NCBI GenBank assembly: GCA_013265495.1
Contig: MU058844.1
Span: 2,211,520 to 2,275,519 of the forward strand
DNA: 64,000 nt
Source: Vicugna vicugna
Lineage: Eukaryota
Direction of reading: 5' to 3'
The position numbers and the translations under genes were made by a program. Below, piece after piece: positions 1 through 11,900 of the stretch. Each line of letters opens with the position of its first letter. The first letter of the stretch is position 1. The notes beneath the pieces are model-generated. The model worked only from the letters and a program-made list of their open reading frames with translations. It ran no database searches and had not been told where the DNA came from.

Positions 1-453
1 TTTTAAGTTTTGGTGCGATGAAAGGGAAGAGTCCAATGGCATTGAGAGTTAACAAATGGGGCCAGTGAACCGTGAGACTGACGTTGGATAGCGAAGGAAA
101 TAAAATCAGGATGGGATAGGTAAGTTGGGAGGAGAAGACTGAAACAGAGTTTGAGGGGAATTTCAGAATACATGACCTGGAAGAAAAAGAGTGATCTGAG
201 CTTAGGAGACTACACCTTAAAATGTCTTAAGTAGCCCAGCGCTAAGTAATGAGATTTTGGGTGTGCCCCTAGGAAGGAACCAGTAAAATAAAGGGGAAGT
301 GAATGTCACCAAGGTCAAAGAGTCCAAGGAAGTATGATTTTGGAAGAATATCAGATGCAAGTGCTTCTAGTTTATTTTAGCACCCTGGAATCAGAGGGGA
401 GTCAATACAAAATGACAAAAATTTCGAATAATACAAATAGTTTAAGTCTTAAT

Positions 454-555
454 CTTGCTCAATGTCACGGAGCTGTGAATGGCAGACACAGGGTTTAAAC
501 CTAGGCTGTCTGGCTTCAGAGCTTCTGTTTTTGACCACTGTGTTATACCACCTCT
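454..555 (-). mobile_element. MIR SINE fragment
   Basis: CTTGCTCAATGTCACGGAGCTGTGAATGGCAGA...TTTAAACCTAGGCTGTCTGGCTTCAGAG resembles the reverse complement of the MIR core. Confidence 0.75.
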
Positions 556-1477
556 CATGATAAAATATGCCATTATGGTTGAAAAAAGAGTAACAAAATT
601 ATTTTAAGATATTATATATATACCTACAGCAATTGATTATTAACATACTGATTTAAAAGTTATTGTGTACTATGAAACGATATTTTGCACAACATCTGAA
701 GCATTGCGTATATTGAAGGCAATTCATAATTTAGCAAAAAACAAAATGTTACATTTACCAAAAAACTGTAGGAAATTATTGTTCTTTATGCACATGAGAC
801 AGATCTTGGGACTACCTTGCTCAGAACATTTCTGTACTGGGAAAAGAACAAAAATGATACAGTATAAGCATGTTGTAGAATTCAAAACTGTTAGATAAAT
901 ATAACACATAATTTGTAAAATCACAGGATTATTATCTTGAATGTTTAATTTATTGTTCTACGTTTGGAAAAATATCACTTTCTTTGTGACATTCAGCTGG
1001 GTAAACACAATTCAAGTGTGAAAAAAAAAAGAGAGAGACTCACTGTCAGTTCTTAAAGATTTCTTAAGACAAGTTAAAATTGTCCTGGAAAAAGATCAGA
1101 ACAGTAAAATGACTAGCAGGAGTGCCTTTTGCAAAAGCCATCAGCAAAGCTACCCATGGTGTATGTAATAGTGCCAGGGTTTGTTTCCAACAGGGCAAGA
1201 GCCCTGCCGTATATTCCATTTGCTGGCCTCCAGCCTGCATTAAAAGTGACATAACAAAGCTGTTGGTTAGTGGGAATACAGACTGGGAACACTATCCAGG
1301 TTGAGAAGTAGAAACACTGCCTTCGGAGAGATGGAAAGAGAGACGGAGCAAATGTATTTTCTACACAAGATTAGCAAATTTGGTTAATATACTGTTTTTA
1401 TATAGTTAGGAGGATAGGGACAGAAAGTGACTTGGGTGACTCAGTGGTTTCTAATGTATTAAAATCAAGGTTAGTGA

Positions 1478-1546
1478 CAGAAATTGACACATTGTAACTG
1501 ACTGCACTTCAATTAAAAAATAAAAATAAATTTAAAACAATTTTTA
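1478..1546 (+). mobile_element. 5'-truncated young LINE-1 3' tail with TSD
   Basis: CAGAAATTGACACATTGTAACTGACTGCACTTCAATT plus A-rich tail, flanked by AAAATCAAGGTTAGTGA (1461-1477) and AAAATCAAGGCTGGTGA (1547-1563). A similar tail occurs at 47598-47695. Confidence 0.8.
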
Positions 1547-1569
1547 AAAATCAAGGCTGGTGAGATACA

Positions 1570-1790
1570 GTAGGTAGTAAGAGCACCAATGATGTAGAGT
1601 CAGATAAAAATGAATTTGAATCCTAGATCTGCTAAGGGAAACTGAGCAAGTTACTCAAAGTTTTTGATCGCTGGTTCTTTAACTGCTGTAGGCAGAGAAT
1701 AATTTGTACTTTATATGCTAGTCCTCTGAGGACTAGAAATAGTGTATTTAAGATGCCTAGACTATAGTAGGTGCTCAACAAATATGACTA
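1570..1790 (+). mobile_element. MIR SINE
   Basis: TTTGAATCCTAGATCTGC...GAGCAAGTTACT...TAGTAGGTGCTCAACAAAT resembles the MIR body and 3' end. Confidence 0.65.
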
Positions 1791-4163
1791 TAATCAGTAG
1801 TATTTTTGATATTATTATTATTTGAGGTTCTCAAGCAAAAATATGCTAAAGAAGTTTTAGACAATAATATATCTGTAAGGAATATGTGATAAAGCAAACA
1901 TAGCAAAATGAGACTGATAGAGTCCAAAGGCTCAGATTATAGATACTCACTGTAAAAATTCTTTCAATTTTGTTGTTTGAAAATTTTTGTAATAAAATTT
2001 TAGAAAACATACATGGAGGCAGAAAAAGATCTTGATAATTGATTAGTTCTTTCTCATTCATAGTTTCTTAGTGGTCTGTAGAGGCTCCAAAAGACTAATT
2101 ATAATATGAGCCTATTGAAATCTTAAATGCAAATTTCTTTATTGTAGTAGAGAGTTTCAATGTTCCCTCATCTATTTTCTTCTTTTTCTTGACACACTGA
2201 AGGATTAAACTTTCCTGTCTCCTTGAAAGAAAGAAGAAATGCCATATGATAAGTTCTGGTCACTGGTCAATGAATGGTAATGACAGGCATCACTTCCAGA
2301 TCAAAGGATTCCATCGCTGAGGTACAACCCTCCCTTCCATTCCGCCATGGTGAGGAGGGGGAATGTGCGCATGCTCCAGGTTCCCATGGTAGTGGGTCTG
2401 GGCTGCCACTCTGTCAGCTCCTCTGTAGCTCTCTGGGGGATTCCTCAGGGTGGAGCTGCCCTGCTGACTGCTACAGGCACAGATAGCATTTGAGAGAAAG
2501 TAATTTTTGGGGGGGTATTAAGCCATTGAAATTTGTGGTATCTGCTATTATGGCATAACAGCCTATCCTTAATGATTCATTCATATTCTGCGTATCTGTT
2601 CAGTGATGTAGATTGACAGATTTTGAAAACTTGGTGCTATATAATTAGCATAATATTTGCAACTTAATTTTGTATTTCTTACCAAACGATACATGAGCTT
2701 GGTAAAAATCAGCTAAGAAAACTACCCCACTCCCCCCCAAAAAAACCCACGATGATTTCCTGCCCCATCCTTTCAATTCCAGTCCAATTCTCTAGAAACA
2801 ATACTTCAAATATTTACTGGTTTGAGTTTTTTCCACATTGCTGCTTTAACATGTTTTTATTTCTCTGATTTTAAGCAAGTTTAAGCATTCGTCACTGACT
2901 CTGTTATAGAATATCATTTAGCATATGCACACCTACCTACTCTCTATTTCCTATATTTTGGTAGCTATCTTATTATTTCTATTTCTTAACTTAGGTAATA
3001 AACTTGAATTTTAAAGAATGCAGTTCTATTTCTGGTTTCAACAACTCTGTAAAATCATCTCAACTTTTTTCTATGTGAAAAGAGAACCCTTTTTCCTACT
3101 CTGCCATGATCTTCTAGTAAATATATCTTTAACTTCATGGTCAAAATTGTTCAAGTTTACCCTTTACTAAACATTAACTAGATTTTCCATGCATTGCCTG
3201 TAAACTGCTTCTAAAACGTGAAAGTTTAAAAAAGATGGTTTAGAGTATAATGAGTATATAAATATCTTTTTTGCAAGGTTAAGATAAGAGATGGGCTTCT
3301 TTTCTACATCCATCTCTCAGCAACTGTTGAAATGTAACTTTGTCTTCTCTGACACATGCTCATTGTCTTTCCACTGTCATCCAAAGAGATGCTGAAATCT
3401 GCCATTCACGGTTGACCTCTTCCTCAATCCTCTTAGCTGTAATGGATTTATTTCTTTTAAAAATTCTGCATGATGATTTCAGTGGGATCCTGGGGAGATG
3501 TGAGACAAATACGCTTAGACAGTATCTTCTCTGTCCATCATTACCTGACTAAAGACCTAATGATATGCAGTTGTTTGAAATCTTCTACCTAGATTGTATA
3601 CATCAGTTCTGGGATGAGATAAATGTTTGAAGTAGGAAGGAGAAGATTTAGGGAAAGCAGAAGGAAGTGGGAGTTAAAAGTAAAGATGAATAGAGTGTAA
3701 TGAAGGAGCCACAGCAGGAGGGAAAGGAATTCTGCAGTCTTCTGGGTCATGTGACTGCAGTGACTGAATCTAAACAAGCTTTGACAATGTTTCAGCTTGC
3801 AAGTGTACAGGTAGGTACTCATTTCACGTTTTACGCTGTTAGTAAAATCACATTGCTCCATTGGGTCTACATAAACAACTTTGCTCAAATGTCCCACAAT
3901 AATAATCTAGCAACCCCTCTACACCACATCTCCACAAATTTTCACTCCCTGTATGCCTGATATTTGTAAACTTCCTCTTTTCTCTAATGACAAGATTTTG
4001 CTCTTCAGTTAAATATTGAAATTACCATATAGCTTCCTCCTATTTTTTTTTAAATTTATGGAACTCCAAAAAGCTTATATTTGATTGTCACTCTCTAAAT
4101 TTACAGCTAAATGTGTTTCTCCTTTTAAAACATTAAAATCTTTATATTCCTGAGATTGGAGGT

Positions 4164-4572
4164 TATATTTGTTTGCCAGGGCTGCCAAACAAAAGACCAC
4201 AGAATGGGTGCTTAGACAAAAAAAAAAAACATTTTTCACAGTTTTGAAAGCTGGAAGTCAAAGGTCAAGGTGTTGGCAGGTTTGATTTCTCCTGAGGCCT
4301 CTCTCCTTGGCTTGCAGGTGGCCACCTTGTACTGTGTCCTCCCTCACTCGGTCCTTCTCTTGCACACATGAAATTCTGGTGTCACTCAGGGTGTTCAAAT
4401 TTCCTACTCTCAGAAATACACCAGTCAAGTTAGATAAGAAACTACCCTAAAAAAGTTGTTTTTTAACTGAATCACCTTTTTAAAGAACTTGTCTCCAAAC
4501 ACAGTCCATTCTGATGTACTGGGGATTATGGTTTTAACATGTATGTTTGGAGCACACAATTCAGTCTGTAAC
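4164..4572 (-). mobile_element. MaLR LTR (MLT1A/B-like)
   Basis: CCAGGGCTGCC...GCTGGAAGTCAAAGGTCAAGGTGTTGGCAGG...GAGGCCTCTCTCCTTGGCTTGCAG...CACAATTCAGTCTGTAACA is typical of an MLT1 LTR in reverse. Confidence 0.85.
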
Positions 4573-5869
4573 AGTAGTCTTTGGAAAATTTAATGTTTCC
4601 TTTTCTTAACTGTTTAAGTATTTTATTGAATAATGGGTAAAGGTACACAGCAATAGATCATATAAGAGTTTTTCCCTCATTTTGTCAAACTAACCAATTT
4701 TATTCATTCATCTATACAGCTATATCAGCTAGGTGCTTCTAGTGCTTAAAGGAAAACCTGATTGAATTAGTTGCTGTTGCTATAAAAACCTTTAAATACA
4801 AGACAGCCCAGAAAAAGGAAAATACCCCAATCACTACTAGATTCAACCCTGAGTTATAAGTCCTATAAGGTACATCAAACTTTGAATACAAATGTGCATA
4901 ATTTATGAAAGAAATAAAACTAATTAGTGAAGTGTTCTCTAAAACCAGTGCATTGTTTAGGAAAATGAAAATTGTTATTCTGAGAATCTAAGCAAATAAA
5001 CTTCACAAAGAAATGAACATGTAATCTAAATTATCAGCAATACAAAATGGCCAAGACAGTTCAACAATTTCTAAGCAATCTGACAGAATCTTTTGGTGCT
5101 AAGTATTAATTCCAAATATTTGAGGAAAGATCTCAACAGAATAAAATGAGAATGGCCACATCAAAGCTTCTGTGTTTATAAAAGAAAACAGCTGTGACTG
5201 AGGGCGATGAATTAATAGTCCAAGTAATCTTTCTGAATTGGAGTTATGAATTTGAGCATGTTCACAAGAAAACAAAATAAGCCCACACCCAATTGAAATG
5301 ATCTTTATAGACGCCGTGTAAATGTGTACCCATCCACTCTACAATTAAATACTACATAGTTAGTTTAGGGGCTTTGTGCCAAAACTATTTTGAAATTCTA
5401 CTAAATTTAAATTGTGCACAGTGGTAAATGAGAATAAATATTCCAAAATGATAGCTCATTTAGCATTTTTACACACATACGCACAGAGCCACATACGCAC
5501 AACAGAACTAAACCAACGCAAATCTGGAAATAATTATATCATCTCCTTATTGGCAAACCCAAAGGAAAAGTTCACAAGAAGACTAGTTTTACATTAAATT
5601 TCTCATATTTCATGCACACAAGAAAAAATAAGTCATGGCAAAAAAATGGTTTCTATATATCTTTTATTGCAATCAAAAGATTGCTTATTCTGTGAACATA
5701 GTGTAAAAATGTCCAAATGTTCTCTTTTTATCTATGTAACTAAATGATAAGTATTTTAATTCCAGATGGTACATATTACACAATATCATTCATCAAAAGG
5801 TGCATGATTCCAAGCACATAAAACTCTTTTGCAAAAAAGTATCTGCTATGCAGTTCCTTTCTTTTTTTG

Positions 5870-6064
5870 TTATTTCTTTTACTCTCACCACCTCCCCTTT
5901 TTTTTTTTTTTTCATTTAACAGTATCTTTTAAAAACAACAAATTTTCAGACCCCCCTAATTATCCTATTATTTCTTTTACTCTCACCACCTCCCCTTTTT
6001 TTTTTTTTTGCATCTAACAGTATCTTTGAAAAGCAACAAATGTTCAGACACCACTAATTATCCT
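5870..6064. repeat. Tandem duplication, ~98-bp unit x2
   Basis: TTATTTCTTTTACTCTCACCACCTCCCC(T)n...CAGTATCTTT...CAACAAAT..TCAGAC..CTAATTATCCT starts at both 5870 and 5968. Confidence 0.95.
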
Positions 6065-7619
6065 TTTCCAAGTGAGAAGTTAGCCTCTACTCACGATTCC
6101 CTTAACAAACATTTCTTGAGCCACGTACTTTGTCTAGGGAAGTCTGAAGGGCTATGAAATAGAGTAGCTAGAGCAAAAGAAAAAAATAGCTAACATGTAT
6201 TACATAGCAGAAAAACTAATCAGTCTAATTTGAGTGGAAGATAATGTGTCAGAAATATGCTATGCCTATATGAGATTTTTTTAAATCAGAAAGTAGAATT
6301 AGAAGCCCTACCAGAGTCTTAGATCCTGGTAGAATCAGTTTCCTGTAGTCAGTTAGCCCGTCGTCTAAGAGAAGATAATCTAGTCACTGAGGTTATGACT
6401 GAGATTAAGAAAAATACACATAAAGAAACAAATCGCTGTGGTTTTTAACCACTAAAAGTAAATTGCTAGATATATACTGATAGAAGTTTCAACTGCACAA
6501 ACAAATCAAAATGTTTAGTAAATCAAAAATCAAAGGTGGTATTTCTGTCTGGAAAGCAGAGAAACGAGATTGCAGAACCAAATAAAACAAAAGAAGTTCA
6601 GTCCCCTTCTATTTCTGGTGTAGTCCAGCCACAGGGAACATGTGCTCACATCCCATAGTTGGTGGTAAGTAAATGACAGATTATGCTTGTCAATCACACC
6701 AATGACTTCTTGGATGACTTCAGGCAACCACAGCAAATCTAGACTCTACATTTCTTATTTGCTGATGAGATTAATGATAGGTGCTACAGCAAAGTGGCTG
6801 GTCAGTCATGTCAACTGCCAAGTCCCATTTTGTATTTTCCACTTGTGTATAGAGGCTGGGAAACTGGAACACTTACTTTCCAATTCTCCCTTTGTCTTAG
6901 CTTCAGTTATCCATCCCTAAAGCAGATTCTGAGACAAGGATTTGGGTGTGAAAGACAAGAAGAGAATTTAGAGGGAAGTGAGGTAGAAAACCCAATACAG
7001 GATGTATTAATGAGCCATCACCATGGAGGCAACTAGGGATCAAACACTATAAGGACCCCAAGAAACTAGGGAGAAGAACCCCCAGAATCCAGCAGGGGCT
7101 GAGGAAGCCAGGGTTCTTGTATAACTACTCTCATTCTTACCAATTCAACTTTTCACCTCTGTAAGATGGACAACTGAACATGACTGCATCATGAGTAACT
7201 GGACACATAGGCATAGCTATAAAAAGTCATGTTAAAAATATGTGCTTGTGCAGTCCTGCAAATTTGTCCTGGTAGTAGAAAGAGTGCAGAATTCGACCAG
7301 AAGACCTGGGTTTTATTTCGTCCTAGCTTTATCACTAGCGGATAACAAAATGGACAAGTCTCTCTGTCTGGGCCTTACTTGGAGTTTTGCTGTTTGTGAA
7401 ATGATAAGCTTGAGTTATTGATGAAACTGTTTTTCCAGCTCTAAATCCCAAGAATTTTTGATTAACTGCATTTTCATTATGTTTACAATAACTTTACTAT
7501 TTTCTTTGTCAGGCCCTGAAAATTTTCATTGCCACACTTACTGTGTTTCTCGAAATAGAAAATTGAATGCCTTTCCGATGTCAGAAAGCCCTCTGTAATG
7601 TGAATCAATTAACATGGCT

Positions 7620-7666
7620 AAAACAAAATCTCTTGCAGGAGAAAACAAAATCTCTTGCAGGAGAAA
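7620..7666. repeat. Perfect 22-bp tandem duplication
   Basis: AAAACAAAATCTCTTGCAGGAG occurs twice in tandem. Confidence 0.95.
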
Positions 7667-9207
7667 CCAAATTATCTGTTAAAGTGACTGGACTTAGCTC
7701 ACAAATTTCCATGACAGTCCATGGAGTATAAGCAATGTTATTTCAAGACCTGAAAAGAAAATCAGTCAATGTTTAATTTTGAATTTTAAAGAGAATGATA
7801 GCATATGCAAGTAATAAAGCTAGAATCTCAAACAAACCAAATCCTCAAAAAAGCCCTTATGATTAAAATTGTTTCCTAAACTACCATATTATTGATGCCA
7901 GATGTTAATCACGAAAACAGAAGATAAAGAACTTATACAGAGAGAAAGTTCCATTTTAAACAGTAGGACATTAACTTATGAAAGTAATGAGTCAGGATAA
8001 GTCTGACTAGCCAATAAGCCTCTGTAACATATTAAAATATTTTTCTGTGAACCATGGTTTATATAGTCAAAATCTTTCTTACAAGACAAAATATATCTTT
8101 TTTTTTTGATAAAAGCCTTAGACTTACAGAGATTAGTGGCTATGGGATAAATGCACAAAAAAAGTTACATCTTGAAATACCTGGGAGATCTTTTCCTTTA
8201 TTATTATTAAAAAAATTTTTTTGTCTTTTATTCTTCTACAGTGAGTTTAGAGTCTCATTCATGCTCACCATCTATGTCTCCAAAACCTGCCTCTCACTTG
8301 TAATCCAAATCTACATTTCACAGCTTTTGTGTCTTTACCTGATTGCTACTTTAGCACCACAAACTTAGTGCGTCCAAACTGCTTTTCCCTAAAAGTTCTT
8401 TTCTCACGCTGATATCCCTTTCATCCAACAATGCGTTCATTCCTTCAAATGTTGCTTTATTATCTCTTCACTCAACCAACAAGAGATAGTTATGTTGGTA
8501 GGAGCTAAGGCAGATACAAAGAACAATAAAAACCAGTGCCTGCTATGTAAATAAATAAAATATAGTGCCTTAAGGGCCCTACCAGGGCAGTACCATACAC
8601 AGTAGCTACAATAAATTGGAGTAAAGCTATAGTTGCTATTAGAGAAGCCCTGAGCACATCTTTACTCTGTAAATTGTCAAGAAGTTGCCCTCAGAGAGAA
8701 TCACTTGACTTGAATCTTGAATGTTCAGTAAAATTTTCCGGAGTACAAAGAAAGAAAGGCAGTGGTACAGTATAATCCAAGTCAAAAAGAAGAGGGAAAT
8801 CAAAAAAAGTGTAGCATGTCTAAAATTTAGATTCAGCTTTCGAAGAGTATAATTATATTTATACCTCATTCATTGTACCATTGTTATCATATAAATACAC
8901 ACACGTATACATACATATATGTACATAAACATATGTATTACATCTACATATGCTATAGTTTCCATAAAACTTTATCCAGTTCTACTGGATACCAATACTC
9001 TCAGCTGACATTTGTTGACAATGTCTTTATTTTACTTTTATTTTTGAACAACTTTTTTTCTGAATATAAACTTCATGGTAGACATCCTTTCAGCATTTTG
9101 AGGGTGTCACTGCACTGTCACCTGTCCTCCATTATTTCTGATGTCAGCTGACACTGGTATTGTTAATCCCCTGTAGATAATGCATTGTTTCTCTCTGCCT
9201 ACTTTTA

Positions 9208-9235
9208 TTTTTATTTTTCGGGGGAGGTAACTAGG
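9208..9235 (-). mobile_element. 28-bp retroposon 3' tail (camelid SINE-like) with perfect 14-bp TSD
   Basis: TCTGCCTACTTTTA at 9194-9207 and 9236-9249 flanks TTTTTATTTTTCGGGGGAGGTAACTAGG. Confidence 0.75.
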
Positions 9236-9380
9236 TCTGCCTACTTTTAAAATGGTCTGTTTTTATTTTTCAAGTTTTATCATGATAAAATTAGGTGTAT
9301 TTTTATTTATATTTATCTTGCTTGGGTCTGGTAGTAGATATTTGTTACCACATTTGGGAAATTTTTAGCCATTATTCCTC

Positions 9381-9757
9381 CATTATAGACTGAATTAAGT
9401 CCCCTCAAATTTTTATGGTGAAGTCCTAACCCCTTACATGACTGTACTTGGAGATAGGGCCCATCAGGAGGTAACAGATGTTAAATGAGGTCATAAAGGT
9501 GAGGCCTTAACTCAATGGGACTGGTGTCCTTGGGATACTAAATCGCTCTCTCTGCATGCCCACAGAGAAGAGGCCATGTGGGGGCACAGAGAGAAGTCAG
9601 CAGCCTAAAAGACAGAGATAGAAGACTCACAAGAAACTGACCATAATGGCATCTTGATCTTGTACTTGCCTCCAAAACTTTTGAGAAAATAAATTTCTGT
9701 TGTTTAAGCCACTCAGTCTGTGTTATTCTGTTAGGTCAGCATGAGAAAATTAATGTA
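9381..9757 (+). mobile_element. MaLR solo LTR (MLT1A/B-like) nested in L1
   Basis: TTATAGACTGAAT...GAAGTCCTAACCCC...TTGGAGATAGGGCC...AATAAATTTCTGTTGTTTAAGCCACTCAGTCTG. Degenerate 5-bp TSD TCCTC/TCTTC. Confidence 0.88.
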
Positions 9758-11837
9758 TCTTCTAAATATTTTTTATTCTCCATTCTTTCTCTCCTCTCCT
9801 TCATGGAGTCCAATTACACATATCTTAGACCTCATTGTATAATCTCACAGATCACTAAGAATCTACTGATTTATTTTCAACCTTTCTTCTCTAGTCTCTT
9901 AAAATTGAGTATTTTCTATTTGAATATCCTCAAGCTTAGTAACCACTTATTTTACCACATATGAGAACACTTTTAATATTACACGTTGTTTTGCTAAGCT
10001 GTAGAATTTCCATTGGCTTATTTTTTAGAGTTTCCATTTCTCTGTTGAGATCCCCTATCTGCCTATTCATCATCAGCATATTTTACTTCAAGTTCCCAAA
10101 CTTTTTAAAATCATTTATTTAAAGTCCTTGTATTCCAATTTCCATATTCAGAGTATTTTGTGATTGGTTTCTGTTGACTACTTTTTCTCTTTAGTGTGGG
10201 TCATAATTTCATGTTCCATTTCATTGTCTACTATATTTTTTCATTGCATGGTGGATATTGTGGTGGACACATTGTAGAAATGGATTCTGTTATCTTGCTC
10301 TAAAGACTATTATTATTCTAGTAGGTAATTACATTGATTTGATTCAAACTCAAAGTTTTGGCTCCCCAAAGCGGGCATCAGCTGAAACTACTCACTTTTC
10401 TTGGTCTTCTGGTTGTGCTTTTCACTGAGAACTCTGAACTCTCCCAAGCACGTGTGCAGTGCAGTGGTTAGCAAAGAATGTAAATAGAGTTCAAATATGG
10501 ATTTAGGGCTCTCCCCTCTGTTAGTCCCTCCTTTATGGGATCTTCCTCCTTACTCTCCTCAACCCAGTAAAAATTCAGCTTGTACTAACAGGAGAAAAGC
10601 TAGTTTAGTTTCCTTCTTTGATGGGTCAGTTTCTTCCTGTTTCTATTTACTTTGGGCACCATTTCTTCAACATTTTACACAGCATTTATAATTTTTATCT
10701 GAATGAAAGTAGCTACTCTACCATTATAGGAATAAGAATAAGAATTTATAGAATTATTTTTAATAATAGTTTACATTTTTAAGATAGCTATTGGGCACAT
10801 CAGTTTTTTTTTCTTTACTTTATGTTCTCTCTCTTTTTGGGTCATCTTTAATAATTTTTCTTCTGTAAGTACCTGTTTATTTCATACAGTGTTCTGAAAT
10901 TTATTGGCAGAGATCCTGGATTTTTTAAATATAATTATTGATTGATATTCCATAGAGTCTGGCGCTTGCCCTGCCTCTGGACTTTGGGTTGTTAATTATA
11001 TAATATTAACTTATAACATTATAAATTTGATTCATATTTTTTGTTTCTTTTAATCCAAAAGCATCTTGACTAAAGAGTAAGTATATAATAAATGATATAA
11101 GTTTAATTGTTAAGATCTGTAATTTTTACATTAAAATTTTGCTTTATTTATACACTGACATCACATAAAATTTTCCAGATGAAAATGATGATTTCCCCAT
11201 TTCAGTTTCAAATGTGTTCATCACTGGCATCAATGGTACTGAAAGAGGAGAATGTCCACTATTTCATTAAAAAGTTTAAAATAATTTACTTATTAGTCCC
11301 TTGTGGGTACAGTTAAAACAGAATTATCCAAGTTTTTATCAAATAATGGGGGTGTTTATTATAAGGATACAAGTGAATATAAGGAAATATGACATTCAGG
11401 TATGAAATCAGGACTGAGGTATAATGGAAACCATAGCAGTGCCCAGTCTCACAAAGGCTGGAACTGGATTCTAAGCAGCTCTGGGCGATTCAGCAGTGAC
11501 TAGCTTTTAATGCATTTTTACAAACATCTGCTCTTCATTCTTTTCCTCAAACCAATCTATTTCCTGTAGCTTTTGCTTCCTCATGACTTTGACTTCCTTA
11601 TGATTCTTTTTCCCAGCCTTATGAGTGGACTCTATCTCCGTTTCTTTTAAGCTGAAGATTTCTTTGGCTATAAATTTTCTCTGTGCTAATTGGGATACTT
11701 TCAATTACAAATAAAAATGCAAAGCAAATTATCATTAACATAAAGTAATCTGTTGATGTGCATAACGGGTAAGTAAAGGTTTACCACTACATTCAGGAAT
11801 GGTTGATGCAGGGGCTTAAATATTATTTCTGTCAATC

Positions 11838-11900
11838 TCTAGATAGATAGATAGAAAGATATGTAGATGATAGACATAGATAAAGATATATAAATATATA
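11838..11900. repeat. Degenerate (GATA)n microsatellite
   Basis: AGATAGATAGATAGAAAGATATGTAGATGATAGACATAGA. Confidence 0.8.

Larger units (their letters stand above)
8960..10700 (-). mobile_element. Ancient L1M fragment (5'/ORF1 region), interrupted by younger insertions
   Basis: T-rich reverse-L1 texture (GGGAAATTTTTAGCCATTATT...TTCTAAATATTTTTT...CTCCTCTCCTTC...CCAATTACACAT). Confidence 0.65.
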
